A stretch of DNA of 64,000 bases from an uncultured Candidatus Saccharibacteria bacterium (GCA_964570795.1 CAZMYZ010000001.1:42722-106721), one strand, 5' to 3'. Shown: positions 18,224-28,966, numbered from the stretch's first letter. The notes: a model not told the origin generated them from the letters alone. Program-made: numbers and translations.

Positions 18224-19975
18224 TTATTTTTTGAAAAATGGCCAGATGGACTCGGTCTGAATATACCAATCGTATACGGTACTAAATCGCTCATACGGTT
18301 CACTCACCCCGGTAAATGTCGCTCCCGTAACTTTATTGGGAACGATGTACAAGAGTTCGGGAGCGTAGAGGAAGATTGCAGGTGTTTCGGTATTGAGTTC
18401 TTCGACAAACTTTTCTATGGCTGCATCACGTCCGGTGTGGTCGGTGCTGCGGCGCATCTCAGAAAGGATGGAGTCAGTGGTGATGTTTGCATAGAGTGCC
18501 ACATTGAGTCCGGGGTCGTTGCGCTGCGATGAATGCCAGAATGAATAGTAGTCGAGTGAGCGTCCCAACTGAGTTCCAAAGAGAAGTGTCTCATAGTCGC
18601 GTGGGCGAATGACGGCTTGGGTAAGGTCGGACTGTTCAAATTGTTTTACCGTTACTTCTGCGCCGAGACTGGTCCATGTGGTGCGTAGAAATTCTGCTGT
18701 TGCTTCAAAGGTACTGTTGTTGGCGGTTGAGATACTAAAGGTGAGTGGTACTACCTCTCCATCAATTGTTTTTTCCCAATGCTGTGTTTCTTCATTTATT
18801 TTCCACCCGCCATTCCTGAGTACCTCACGCGCTTTGTCGATGCTTGCTTCAGTATTTGCCGCACTTGCTACTGCAGTAAATCCAGGTGGTACGGGTGAGG
18901 TGAGTGCATTTCCATATCCACCCAAAGTGCTTTCGATGAGTGTGGTACGGTCGATGGCTATATTGAGTGCATTCCTCGCAGCAAGGTCACGGAGTGCGGG
19001 GGATTTGTTTTGATTGATAAAGAGTGCAAAGGTGCGAGGGAGGGGGATGCGTTCGAGATGATAGGTGAGTGGATCGAGCGCAAAGTGATTGATGTACGCA
19101 GGATCGATACCAACGACACTTTCGATAATTCCTTTTGAAAATGCATCACGCAAGGTGTCTTCGGTAGAGTAGAAATAAAACTGCATGGTTTCAATTTTCG
19201 GTGCGGTGATATGAAATCCCTTATTGGCAGTCAGTGTGTATGATTCAGGAATGCCTGAGGTATTGCGCGTAATAGTCTTTATTTGGTATGGGCCAGAACC
19301 AATCGGTTCGCTATTGTATTGGCTAAAAGGAAATTCGTCGGTACCTGCTTCTTTCCAGATGTGCTCAGGAATAATACCGAAGGTAAGATTTTCAATAAAT
19401 GGTCCATACGCCTCGGGAAGTACAAAGTTGAGTTCGTACTCACCGATTTCCTCAACGACAACACCATCGAAGTTTGCACGGAGCGGACTGTTGAGTGCGG
19501 GGTCCTGAATACGCAATACGGTAAATGCAACATCACGTGCGGTAAGTGGCGCACCATCATGGAAGTAGATATTTTGCTTTACCACTACATTGTACGTGAG
19601 TCCATCTTCGGAGACGGTGACTGATTCCGCAATACTTGGCATGAGTGTGCCGTCAGTACCGAGACGCATAAGCCCATCATATATAAGTGCAGAAAGGTCG
19701 CGGTCGGCACGGGTGACGGCAAGTACAGGATTTACAAAACGCGGTGTACCGATGATACCTTCGCTAAAGGTGCCACCGAATGCGGGAATTTGAACGGTTT
19801 CGCGGAGACTCATCTGTGCAAGAAGAACAAGACCACAGAATGCAGCAATAAGAAGTGTTATCTTGAGAAGAAATGCATCGCTCGCACGGAGGGTATGCAT
19901 TTTTGCAAAATATGCATCAATAATCGATTGCTTTTTTTGAGAAAAAGAATTACGTAAGGACATACGAGATGCCAA
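18224..19975 (-). CDS. Peptide ABC transporter substrate-binding protein (family 5)
   Basis: SEDGLTY, FHDGAPLTARDVAFT, PIGSGPY. Confidence 0.88.
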   Translation of the reverse strand: MASRMSLRNSFSQKKQSIIDAYFAKMHTLRASDAFLLKITLLIAAFCGLVLLAQMSLRETVQIPAFGGTFSEGIIGTPRFVNPVLAVTRADRDLSALIYDGLMRLGTDGTLMPSIAESVTVSEDGLTYNVVVKQNIYFHDGAPLTARDVAFTVLRIQDPALNSPLRANFDGVVVEEIGEYELNFVLPEAYGPFIENLTFGIIPEHIWKEAGTDEFPFSQYNSEPIGSGPYQIKTITRNTSGIPESYTLTANKGFHITAPKIETMQFYFYSTEDTLRDAFSKGIIESVVGIDPAYINHFALDPLTYHLERIPLPRTFALFINQNKSPALRDLAARNALNIAIDRTTLIESTLGGYGNALTSPVPPGFTAVASAANTEASIDKAREVLRNGGWKINEETQHWEKTIDGEVVPLTFSISTANNSTFEATAEFLRTTWTSLGAEVTVKQFEQSDLTQAVIRPRDYETLLFGTQLGRSLDYYSFWHSSQRNDPGLNVALYANITTDSILSEMRRSTDHTGRDAAIEKFVEELNTETPAIFLYAPELLYIVPNKVTGATFTGVSEPYERFSTVYDWYIQTESIWPFFKK

Positions 19976-20043
19976 ATATGGCTATGTGTTCAGGCAGGAA
20001 CACACTGAAAAAGTACATACACAGTAAAACCGTGTATTTGCTA

Positions 20044-20274
20044 TTAGATAATAAGGCTCAGGAATGTAGATGCTACAAACAAAATAGCAAGTACTATAGA
20101 CAGGCGATATAAGAAGAGTTCTGCTCCTCGTCGTGTATGGTACGTCGCACTGAAATTGTCTCCCCCAAAAGCGCCACCCATGCTTGATCCTCGCTGTTGA
20201 AGCAGAATTGCTGCAATGAGCAGAATGGAGAGAATAATTTGTGCGTACGGAAGTATGGTACGGACTATTTCCAT
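20044..20274 (-). CDS. secG: Preprotein translocase subunit SecG
   Basis: ILLQQRGSSMGGAFGG...TRRGAE, two TM. Confidence 0.92.
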   Translation of the reverse strand: MEIVRTILPYAQIILSILLIAAILLQQRGSSMGGAFGGDNFSATYHTRRGAELFLYRLSIVLAILFVASTFLSLII

Positions 20275-20472
20275 GACAGAGAGATACTAGCATAGAGTCG
20301 CAATATTGGGAAGTGAACCTGTGGACTGTACGACAAACGCTACTTTTTATGCCTTATTAAGTTTGAGGTAGAGTGTCGCTGTTGCAGATATATAGAAAAC
20401 TGGACAGTGATAGAGTGCGCTCGTATAATATGCGCCTATTAAAAGCAATATAAGGAAAAACAATATTTGAAT

Positions 20473-20799
20473 ATGACTTCAAACACAGGAGAAGGCACCA
20501 GCATTAAGCCGCTTGCGGACCGTGTTGTTGTGCGACGACTCACTGAGGAAGAGGCGGGAACGAAATCAGCCTCAGGTATTATTGTTCCTGATACCGTGAG
20601 TAAGGAGAAGCCAGAACAGGGAATGGTGATTGCTGTTGGTGATGGTAAGTGGGATGAGGATGGTGAAAAGCGCATTCCTATGGACGTGAAAGTTGGAGAT
20701 AGGATTATTTTCTCAAAGTACGGATATGATGAGGTAAAGATTGCCGGTGAGGAACTCTATATCGTATCGGCTTCAAGTATTCTTGGTATTATTCAGTAG
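20473..20799 (+). CDS. groES: Co-chaperonin GroES
   Basis: IKPLADRVVV, SASGIIVPD, EKPEQG, VKVGD. Confidence 0.95.
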   Translation: MTSNTGEGTSIKPLADRVVVRRLTEEEAGTKSASGIIVPDTVSKEKPEQGMVIAVGDGKWDEDGEKRIPMDVKVGDRIIFSKYGYDEVKIAGEELYIVSASSILGIIQ

Positions 20800-20927
20800 A
20801 GAGTGAAGTTTTATAAATAGTAACGACGCTAAGCATTGGAGTTGGTTCGTCTCAAAATCCATTAGGAATAGGATTTTGAGACGGCTAAGATTCTCTAATT
20901 CGCTTATGCTCATAACAGAATCTAAGC

Positions 20928-22580
20928 ATGGCTACAAAAGAGGTGATTTATGGTGAAGACGTCAAGAAGCGTCTCAAGAAAGGAGTAGACACGGTAGCAA
21001 ACGCCGTGAAAGTAACGCTTGGTCCTCGTGGACGTAATGTGATTATCGACAAGGGGTATGGTGGTCCAATGATTACCAACGACGGTGTATCGATCGCAAA
21101 GGAAATCACCCTCAAGGACAAGTTTGAAAACATGGGTGCGGAGATTGTGAAGGAGGTTGCCAACAAGACCAATGAACTCGCCGGTGACGGTACCACTACT
21201 GCAACGATTCTCACTCAAGCACTTCTCACGGAAGGACTCAAGCACACCACGATGGGTGTGAACTCTATGGCAGTACGCCATGGTATGGAAAAGGCATCAG
21301 AGGATGTGGTAAAGGCACTCCATGAAATGGCAGTGCAGATTTCTACCACTGAAGAAATAAAGCAAGTAGCGACTATTTCTGCAGAAAGTGAAGAGATTGG
21401 TGCACGTATCGCAGAAACGATCGAGAAAGTGGGGAAGGACGGTGTGGTGACCGTAGAAGAGTCACAGTCATTTGGTATTGAGACCGAATTCACTGAGGGT
21501 ATGGAATTTGACAAGGGGTATATCTCACCCTATATGATTACCAATACCGAGCGCATGGAAGCTGAGTACAAGAATGCACTCATGCTCGTAACGGACGGCA
21601 AGATTAGTTCTGCGCAACAGATTCTTCCACTCCTTGAGAAGGTGGCACAGACAGGAAAGAAGGAGTTGGTGATTATTGCTGAGGATGTTGATGGGGAAGC
21701 ACTTGCAACATTTGTGGTCAACAAACTTCGTGGAGGATTCTCTGTGCTTGCGGTAAAGGCACCAGGCTATGGAGATAGAAAGAAAGAAATCCTTCAGGAT
21801 ATTGCAGTGATGACGGGCGGGCAGGTGATTACTGCAGAAGTAGGGCTTAAACTCGAAAATGCAGAACTTGCAATGCTTGGAAAGGCAGATCGCGTCGTGG
21901 CAACAAAGGACAAGACCACTATCGTGGGCGGTGAAGGAAATAAGGAGGCTATTGCTGCGCGCGTCGATGCCCTCCGCGCACAACTCGCGCAGACTGATTC
22001 AAAGTTTGATAAGGAAAAACTTGAGGAGCGTATTGCAAAACTCTCGGGTGGTGTTGCGGTTCTCAAGGTAGGTGCTGCTACAGAAACCGAGATGAAGTAT
22101 CTCAAACTCAAGATTGAGGACGCTGTGAATGCAACCAAGGCCGCGATTGATGAAGGTATCGTGCCTGGAGGAGGTACTTCGCTCACGCGCGCAGCAGCGG
22201 TGGTGGAAGGACGGGTCAATAAAGAACTTGGTCGTGATGAACTCATTGGCTACCGTATTGTGCTTAAGGCACTTGAAGAGCCACTCCGCCAACTTGCCGA
22301 CAATGTGGGTAAGGATGACGGTGCGGTGATTGTACAAAAAGTAAAGGAGGCGGGAGGTAACGCAGGCTACGATGCTGCAAAGGCAGTGATGGTAGATGAC
22401 ATGATCAAGGCAGGTATCATCGACCCAGTAAAGGTAGAGCGCGCCGGTGTCCAACATGCAGTCTCTGCCGTAGCGATTCTCCTCACGTCAGAAGTGGCGA
22501 TTGCTGATGCTCCTGAGCCAGAAAAGCCCGCAATGCCTGATATGTCAGGGATGAATGGTGGTATGGGCGGAATGTACTAA
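20928..22580 (+). CDS. groEL: Chaperonin GroEL
   Basis: [24 protein letters not shown]-rich tail. Confidence 0.98.
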   Translation: MATKEVIYGEDVKKRLKKGVDTVANAVKVTLGPRGRNVIIDKGYGGPMITNDGVSIAKEITLKDKFENMGAEIVKEVANKTNELAGDGTTTATILTQALLTEGLKHTTMGVNSMAVRHGMEKASEDVVKALHEMAVQISTTEEIKQVATISAESEEIGARIAETIEKVGKDGVVTVEESQSFGIETEFTEGMEFDKGYISPYMITNTERMEAEYKNALMLVTDGKISSAQQILPLLEKVAQTGKKELVIIAEDVDGEALATFVVNKLRGGFSVLAVKAPGYGDRKKEILQDIAVMTGGQVITAEVGLKLENAELAMLGKADRVVATKDKTTIVGGEGNKEAIAARVDALRAQLAQTDSKFDKEKLEERIAKLSGGVAVLKVGAATETEMKYLKLKIEDAVNATKAAIDEGIVPGGGTSLTRAAAVVEGRVNKELGRDELIGYRIVLKALEEPLRQLADNVGKDDGAVIVQKVKEAGGNAGYDAAKAVMVDDMIKAGIIDPVKVERAGVQHAVSAVAILLTSEVAIADAPEPEKPAMPDMSGMNGGMGGMY

Positions 22581-22610
22581 GTAAAATAAAGAATAGAAAA
22601 TAGGATAAAG

Positions 22611-22650
22611 ATACAGAATCCCCGCGCCGTAGGCGCGGGGATTCTGTATA
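22611..22650 (+). terminator. groEL terminator
   Basis: atacagaatccccgcgcc-gta-ggcgcggggattctgtat. Confidence 0.75.
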
Positions 22651-22722
22651 TCACCACTTTTATTCCTATTTCACAATGATATACTGTATATACCTTTGAT
22701 TATAAGGAATATTTTAAATTTT

Positions 22723-23307
22723 ATGACACCTACATATATTATTTTGGCAGTTGTTGCAGTGGTGGTCCTGTGGGCTATTGTTGCTTACAACAATTTTGTA
22801 AAACTTATTCAGCGTACGAAAGAGGCGTGGGCAGATATTGATGTGCAGTTGAAGCGTCGCTATGACCTTATTCCTAATCTTGTCGAGACTGTGAAAGGTT
22901 ACGCGACACATGAACGTGAGACATTTGATGCGGTTACCAATGCGCGTGCAGAAGCAACAAAAGTACACGTAGACCCAAGTAATATTACTCCTGAAACTCT
23001 TGCCGCAATGGCAGGAGCAGAAGCAGGGCTCGGGCAAGCACTCGGGAAGCTTCTTGCGGTTGCAGAGGCATATCCAGACCTAAAGGCAAATACCAACTTC
23101 CTTGAATTGCAGCGTGAACTCAGTGATACTGAAAATAAGATTCAAGCCGCTCGTCGTTTCTATAACGGCAACGTGCGTGACCTTGCTATCGCAATCCAAT
23201 CATTTCCTTCGAATGTAATTGCAAAAATGTTTGGCTTTGTTGGACAGTCATTCTTTGAACTCGAAGAGGGAAGTGCAGAAAAAGAGGTGGTAAAGGTAAG
23301 TTTCTAA
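22723..23307 (+). CDS. lemA: LemA family protein
   Basis: AWADIDVQLKRRYDLIPNLVETVKGY, AEAYPDLKAN. Confidence 0.93.
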   Translation: MTPTYIILAVVAVVVLWAIVAYNNFVKLIQRTKEAWADIDVQLKRRYDLIPNLVETVKGYATHERETFDAVTNARAEATKVHVDPSNITPETLAAMAGAEAGLGQALGKLLAVAEAYPDLKANTNFLELQRELSDTENKIQAARRFYNGNVRDLAIAIQSFPSNVIAKMFGFVGQSFFELEEGSAEKEVVKVSF

Positions 23308-23317
23308 TCAATCATAT

Positions 23318-23692
23318 ATGGAGAAGATTTACTACAACAAACTCTGTCGTGACAAGGTGCCTGAAATTATTCGTGGGAAGGGGTTTGAATGTGATGTGCG
23401 CGAGGTAGATCATGATGAATACAAGCGCGAAATTATTCGTAAAGTTTTTGAAGAGGCGAGCGGTGTTTCTAATCATTCAGGTCGCTCGGGACTCCTCAAA
23501 GAGCTTGCTGACCTCATGATTACTATCGATGCGGTTAAGAAAGAATATGGTATTACCGACGAAGAACTCAGTGCTGCAATTGATGCAAGTATTGAGGATA
23601 AAGGAGGATACGAGGAGCGACTCTATCTTTCATGGTCTTCAGACACTGAATATAGTTCGCATGATCAGGGGCGCGGAGGATTTGATGATTAG
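23318..23692 (+). CDS. MazG-like / phosphoribosyl-ATP pyrophosphohydrolase family NTP pyrophosphatase
   Basis: YNKLCRDKVPEII, KVFEEA, ELADL, KGGY. Confidence 0.75.
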   Translation: MEKIYYNKLCRDKVPEIIRGKGFECDVREVDHDEYKREIIRKVFEEASGVSNHSGRSGLLKELADLMITIDAVKKEYGITDEELSAAIDASIEDKGGYEERLYLSWSSDTEYSSHDQGRGGFDD

Positions 23693-23724
23693 GCAATATA
23701 CGAAATGATAAAGTGCATATACAA

Positions 23725-25452
23725 ATGATTCACACATGTGCACAAAAAAGAACAAAGAGCATACTTGCTTTATTAGTGAGTATGCTCTTTGTGTGCATGT
23801 TGCCATTGGTGCTGCATGCACAATCTTCGGAACGTATACAGTCTTTTGTTGTAGATATTGAAGTACAGCAAAATGCCGATGTGTGGGTAACTGAGCATAT
23901 CACCTATGAGTTCCCTAATGCTAAGCACGGCATATATCGATGCATCCCGACACTCCATGCAGAGCAACCAGAATCACCCTTTAAGGAACGATACATAGAT
24001 GTCATCTTTGAATCAGTAACTATGGATGGTACAGATGTGCTATATACACGCGAGCAAAAAGGGAAAGATACCTGTGTGCGTATCGGAGACCCTGATACCA
24101 CTATTGAGGGTAGTCATGTGTATGCTCTCCATTATGTAGTGGAAGGGACATTGTCATATCTTGAGTATGGCGGAGCAGAACTCTACTGGAATGCGACTGG
24201 AAATGAATGGGAAGTGCCTATCGTTTCGGCAGAGGTGCGTGTACGGGGTGCTGAGGGACTTCTTCTTCGTGAGCGTGCATGCTATCGCGGCGCGGTGGGC
24301 GATGAATCTTCGTGTGACATGCGTATCGATACTGATGGCACACCCATTTTTACGGCACGTCTCCTCAATCCCGGTGAAGGGGTAACGGTCGCGCAGGCAC
24401 TTAATCGCTCGAGTCTCCTTATTGATGTGCGTGAGCGGTATGGGATGTTGTGGAAAATACTCGCTTTTGTCGTAACGGTATTGTGCGCTTTTAGCATAGG
24501 ACTCTATCGATATAAGACGAAAGAAAAAACAGAAGCACCGATTATACCTCAATATGAGCCGTATCCAGGAGTGAAGCCAATGTACGCAGGGTACCTTTTT
24601 GATAGTCGTCTCGACCCACGCGATATCACCGCAGGTATTGTGTATCTCGCTGAGCAGGGCTTTCTCAGTATTAAAAAAACTGAAACGAAAGTACTTTTTG
24701 TCTTTGAGGTGAATGATTTCGCACTTACCCTCAAGAAACCTCTTGCCGAAACTCGTGATAATTTTGAATCTCAACTTCTTACATTAATTTTTGGTACTGA
24801 TGCTGTAGTTGGGGCGGTAGTCACCCTGAGCGATTTGCGTAATACTCTTTCGGTGCAGACGCGCAATAGGGCTATTATTCGCAATATGACCGAGGGATTG
24901 CGCAATGATATGAAAGCAGGTGGCTTTTATACTGGATTCAGTTTTGTGTCTATGGGTGGCCGTGTGTGGGTAGTCTCGGGATTTATTTCCTGTATACTCG
25001 CCATCCTTATCTCTCGTGAAATATTTATCGCCACCGCGGTCTTCATGCTTATTGTATTTGTGGTGCTTATTGATGGAAGACGTACCAAAAAAGGGTATGA
25101 AGCACTTGACCACCTCAAAGGTTTTAAGGATTTCTTGCAAGTTACGGACGCACAGCGATTTATTTTTCATAATGCACCCGCAATTAACGCGGAGCATTTC
25201 ATGGAGTATTTACCCTATGCGATTGCATTTGGTGTAGAGAAGGAATGGGCGAAAACGTTTGAAGGAGTCACTATTCCTAATCCATCATGGTATGACGGAG
25301 GAAGTGGAGCGGGGACCTTTAATGCGGTTGCACTTACGCAAAGCCTTGGAGGATTTTCTACAGCATTCGCCAGTGCTTCAGGAGCAAGTGCATCAAGTGG
25401 CGGTGGCTCCTCAGGAGGTGGTAGTGGCGGCGGCGGAGGTGGTAGTTGGTGA
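23725..25452 (+). CDS. DUF2207 membrane protein
   Basis: ELYWNATG, YLPYAIAFGV, Gly/Ser-rich C-terminus ending GGGGGSW; start uncertain. Confidence 0.85.
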   Translation: MIHTCAQKRTKSILALLVSMLFVCMLPLVLHAQSSERIQSFVVDIEVQQNADVWVTEHITYEFPNAKHGIYRCIPTLHAEQPESPFKERYIDVIFESVTMDGTDVLYTREQKGKDTCVRIGDPDTTIEGSHVYALHYVVEGTLSYLEYGGAELYWNATGNEWEVPIVSAEVRVRGAEGLLLRERACYRGAVGDESSCDMRIDTDGTPIFTARLLNPGEGVTVAQALNRSSLLIDVRERYGMLWKILAFVVTVLCAFSIGLYRYKTKEKTEAPIIPQYEPYPGVKPMYAGYLFDSRLDPRDITAGIVYLAEQGFLSIKKTETKVLFVFEVNDFALTLKKPLAETRDNFESQLLTLIFGTDAVVGAVVTLSDLRNTLSVQTRNRAIIRNMTEGLRNDMKAGGFYTGFSFVSMGGRVWVVSGFISCILAILISREIFIATAVFMLIVFVVLIDGRRTKKGYEALDHLKGFKDFLQVTDAQRFIFHNAPAINAEHFMEYLPYAIAFGVEKEWAKTFEGVTIPNPSWYDGGSGAGTFNAVALTQSLGGFSTAFASASGASASSGGGSSGGGSGGGGGGSW

Positions 25453-25686
25453 CCGCAAATTAAGGAACGTAGTGACTATAATTTGCGAGTCCGTCTGGAA
25501 TTCTTCCCCCCGGAAGAATTCCAGACGCCTCAAGACCCTGTAGTGAATCTATTTACGAAGCCCCTATATTTTAATTCCCTAGGACGGTCCTAGGGAAGGG
25601 GGTTTGGTATCTGTGGACATATATTTTGACTCAAGGGGAGACTGAGGGTACACTACGAGTCCCGTTTTTATAGGAGTAATGGGAAA

Positions 25687-25854
25687 ATGCAAAAACAAAT
25701 CGCAGGTACGGTACCGGTTCAGGGTGAATTGGGTCTTGAACACAAGCCCGAGGATGGTTTGAAACATCCGAGTTCTTTTGAGACGTTGTGTTCGCTCCCC
25801 AATGGTGGGGTAAACAAGGATATCGCCGATGTTGCGATTCCTGGCGGCAACTAA
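25687..25854 (+). CDS. Unannotated 55-aa ORF (below ORF-track cutoff)
   Basis: TAGGAG SD, MQKQIAGTVPVQGELGLEHKPEDGLKHPSSFETLCSLPNGGVNKDIADVAIPGGN*, then a hairpin with T-tract at about 25868-25894. Confidence 0.5.
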   Translation: MQKQIAGTVPVQGELGLEHKPEDGLKHPSSFETLCSLPNGGVNKDIADVAIPGGN

Positions 25855-26007
25855 TATTGCTGCACATAGGTCGCCCATACAGGCGGCCTTTTTTCATGTC
25901 CGATGCATGAGATGTGCCGGACTCTCGAATATTTACGTACCCCTATTTCTTCGGTACTATAGGAGAGTCCCGCAGTCTCGATATAGGACACTTAATTTTA
26001 TATTGAT

Positions 26008-26898
26008 ATGGCAACACTCTATACACATCAAGGAGAAAACGTACGAAAAACATGGTTCCTTATGGGTTCCTTTCTCGCACTTGTTATCGGTGTGGGTTAT
26101 GGCGTAAGTTGGTACATGGGTTCATCGGTATTTCTTTATGGTGCCATTATTTTTGCGGTACTTATGAATATTGGTAGTTATTGGTTTTCCGATAAACTCG
26201 TCTTGCGTATGACTGGTGCACGTGAGGCAGCACATACAGAGTTTCCTGATTTAATTAACACTGTTGAAAATCTTTCTATTACTGCGGGACTCCCTATGCC
26301 TCGTGTGTATGTCGTTGATGACCCTGCACCAAATGCCTTTGCAACCGGACGTGACCCCGAACATGCGGTAGTAGCAGCCACTACCGGCCTCCTCGCTCTT
26401 CTCGATAAATCAGAACTTGAAGGAGTGATGGCACACGAACTCTCGCATATTGGAAATCGCGACATGCTCGTGATGACGGTGGCGGTGGTGCTTGCAGGCT
26501 TCCTTGCAATGCTTGCTGATTTTCTCACACGTGCAGTGATGTTTGGTGGTGATGATAGACAAAAACATCCAATCGCTATTGTGTTTATGATTGTAGGTAT
26601 TGTGCTTGTACCGATTGCAGCACAACTCATCCAACTCGCCATTTCACGGAAGCGTGAGTACCTTGCTGATGCATCAGGAGCACTTCTTACTCGGTATCCA
26701 GAAGGGCTTGCATCTGCACTTGAAAAAATTTCAGGGTACCCACACCCCATGCAACATGCAAGTAATGCAACTGCGCATCTCTTTATTGCAGATCCATATG
26801 GTACTGGAGAGAAAAGTATTGGCCAGAAACTGAGTGGACTTTTCCAGACACACCCTCCTGCTGAAGATAGAATTCGTATTTTGCGCGAGATGCCCTAG
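26008..26898 (+). CDS. htpX: Zinc metalloprotease HtpX (M48)
   Basis: PNAFATG, AHELSH, SRKREYLAD, THPP. Confidence 0.93.
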   Translation: MATLYTHQGENVRKTWFLMGSFLALVIGVGYGVSWYMGSSVFLYGAIIFAVLMNIGSYWFSDKLVLRMTGAREAAHTEFPDLINTVENLSITAGLPMPRVYVVDDPAPNAFATGRDPEHAVVAATTGLLALLDKSELEGVMAHELSHIGNRDMLVMTVAVVLAGFLAMLADFLTRAVMFGGDDRQKHPIAIVFMIVGIVLVPIAAQLIQLAISRKREYLADASGALLTRYPEGLASALEKISGYPHPMQHASNATAHLFIADPYGTGEKSIGQKLSGLFQTHPPAEDRIRILREMP

Positions 26899-27096
26899 AA
26901 ATTAATAAACGAAGTGCATATAATTTCTGGGCCGTCATTTTTCTCCCTCTCAGAAGAAAAATGACGCACCGCATTAATTGGTTCAATTAACAGTGAATTC
27001 ATACCCTTTTAGATTTTATTCCCCAGTGCCTTTCTCTTTTTAAAACCCAGACCTAAACCCAACCGTTTTAAAAAGAGAAAGGCACTGGAGTCGTCT

Positions 27097-27846
27097 ATGA
27101 TGTCATACCTCGAAACACAAAAAGAAAAAATACTACAGGAAAAATATGCAGGTGAAGTATCACCTGCATATGAGGCTGATTGTGTACGCCTCGAAAAAGG
27201 TGAACCCTATGAATATGTGCTCGGGCATGTTGATTTCCTTGGTGCTCACATAGACCTCTCATTCCATCCTATGATTCCGCGTCCAGAGACTGCATTCTGG
27301 GTTGCACGCGCTATTGAAGAATTGAAATTAAAAGAAGGAAACGTACGCCTCGCTGATACTTTTTCAGGAGCAGGGAATGTGGGGCTTGCGCTTCTCGTGA
27401 ATCTACCGCATGCGACCGTGGATATTTCGGAACTCGACCCCTCGCTCAAGTCACAGATAGAACTCAGTCTTAAAAAAAATGAAATAGTAGATAATCGCGC
27501 ACGCGTTATTACAGCATCCGCACTCGAGGGACTTTCGGGTACCTACGACGCTATTTTTGCGGTGCCGCCCTATGTGCCGTATAGCGCACTCCCCGACCTC
27601 GACCCCGAGATGAGAGACTATGAGCCACACCTCGCCTTTTTTGCACATGACGACGGCCATGAGTTCCATCACATACTTATTGCTGAAGCTTGGGAGTATC
27701 TCAATCCCGGCGGCACACTCTACATGGAGGCAGATATGGATCATAACGACGCCATTCGTAAAATGGTCGAGGGGACGAAGTGGTCCTCACTCGAATTTTG
27801 GCCCGACCCATACGGCGCAACACCAAATGTAGTTTTGCGTAAATAA
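27097..27846 (+). CDS. prmC: HemK/PrmC family methyltransferase
   Basis: GEPYEYVLG, MIPRPET, DTFSGAG, YEPHLA; VPPY replaces NPPY. Confidence 0.8.
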   Translation: MMSYLETQKEKILQEKYAGEVSPAYEADCVRLEKGEPYEYVLGHVDFLGAHIDLSFHPMIPRPETAFWVARAIEELKLKEGNVRLADTFSGAGNVGLALLVNLPHATVDISELDPSLKSQIELSLKKNEIVDNRARVITASALEGLSGTYDAIFAVPPYVPYSALPDLDPEMRDYEPHLAFFAHDDGHEFHHILIAEAWEYLNPGGTLYMEADMDHNDAIRKMVEGTKWSSLEFWPDPYGATPNVVLRK

Positions 27847-27890
27847 CTGTGTACTCAAACATCAACCTGAAAATGTGATACCATTTTGAT

Positions 27891-28085
27891 ATGGAATCAT
27901 ATGAAGAAGCGTTAGCACGCCTTGAAGATAAGATAGATGCAGTGTATGCATCGGTAGAAAAGAGCAGGAAGTATCTCCTTACTATGCTCATCGTGACTTT
28001 GGTTACTATTGCGCTCCCACTTATCATTGCCGCAATAGCAATTCCAATGGTAATGAGTACCGTGGGAAGTATGTATCAGATTTAA
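27891..28085 (+). CDS. Small membrane protein
   Basis: 64 aa coiled-coil plus TM. Confidence 0.65.
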   Translation: MESYEEALARLEDKIDAVYASVEKSRKYLLTMLIVTLVTIALPLIIAAIAIPMVMSTVGSMYQI

Positions 28086-28094
28086 TCTATAAAT

Positions 28095-28499
28095 ATGAAA
28101 AAAGGATACTATGCTAATATTGAAAGTCTCACCGAAGTGAATACCGATTTTCGTCGTGTATTGTATACCGGCGAATCACTCCAGTTGGTCCTCATGACAC
28201 TTGCGCCGGGGGAGGAGATTGGTATGGAGACACATCCGGAGAATGACCAATTTTTTCGCTTTGAATCGGGAGAGGGAAAGGTGCTCGTGAATGAAACCGA
28301 ACACCTCGTGCATGACGGAGATTGCGTGATTGTTCCTAAGGGTGCCGTACACAACATTATCAATGTTTCACCCGAGCAACCCCTCAAGATGTATACCATC
28401 TACACACCGCCACATCATATGGATGGTACCGTGCACCCCACAAAGGAGTATGCAGAAACTCATGAAGAAGATTTTGAAGGTACGACTACTGAGAAATAA
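28095..28499 (+). CDS. Cupin domain protein
   Basis: FRRVLYTG, IGMETH..NDQFF, VPKGAVHNIIN. Confidence 0.88.
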   Translation: MKKGYYANIESLTEVNTDFRRVLYTGESLQLVLMTLAPGEEIGMETHPENDQFFRFESGEGKVLVNETEHLVHDGDCVIVPKGAVHNIINVSPEQPLKMYTIYTPPHHMDGTVHPTKEYAETHEEDFEGTTTEK

Positions 28500-28511
28500 A
28501 GAAAAAGCCAC

Positions 28512-28844
28512 CTACGCGGTGGCTTTTTGGTACTGTTGCATACGCAATGGAATGAACTGAAATTGACGAATGAATTCTTCGTCGTACCCTTCGCGAAGGT
28601 GGTTTTTGTAAAACTCATGCCATACTTCGTCGGCAGGGTTGCATCCTCGCATTAGCACAAAGGTTCGAGTTTCCCCCGGCTGAAAACGTTGGCTCACCAC
28701 TTTCATGGCACTTTGTTCGCCTTCGTGAAAGATGTTGGAGATATACCCCTCATCAATTTGGCGCCCATTGCACCACACCTGCACAGACATCTTTAAGGTA
28801 TAAGGAAAGATGGTGTCGGAGTTTGCATTATGAACAATAATCAT
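28512..28844 (-). CDS. Hypothetical protein
   Basis: ATG at 28844 with GAGGAG SD. Confidence 0.5.
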   Translation of the reverse strand: MIIVHNANSDTIFPYTLKMSVQVWCNGRQIDEGYISNIFHEGEQSAMKVVSQRFQPGETRTFVLMRGCNPADEVWHEFYKNHLREGYDEEFIRQFQFIPLRMQQYQKATA

Positions 28845-28966
28845 TGTTTCTCCTCGATAGGGTAAGAACAGAAAATATGCTGGCGCAACAATACCATGCA
28901 TGTTGCCTTGTGTACAACAATGAGTTTTGGTAAGAAAAAGCCCGCGCCTTTGGCGCGGGCAAGGCA

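Noticed and set aside
20340-20470. CIRCE element upstream of groES
   Set aside because: Only a half-site-like tagagtgc is present; there is no TTAGCACTC-N9-GAGTGCTAA inverted repeat.
20922-22457. Long antisense ORFs over groEL and similar shadow ORFs over valS, nadV and htpX
   Set aside because: These are expected shadows of codon bias in conserved genes, with no motifs or initiation signals.
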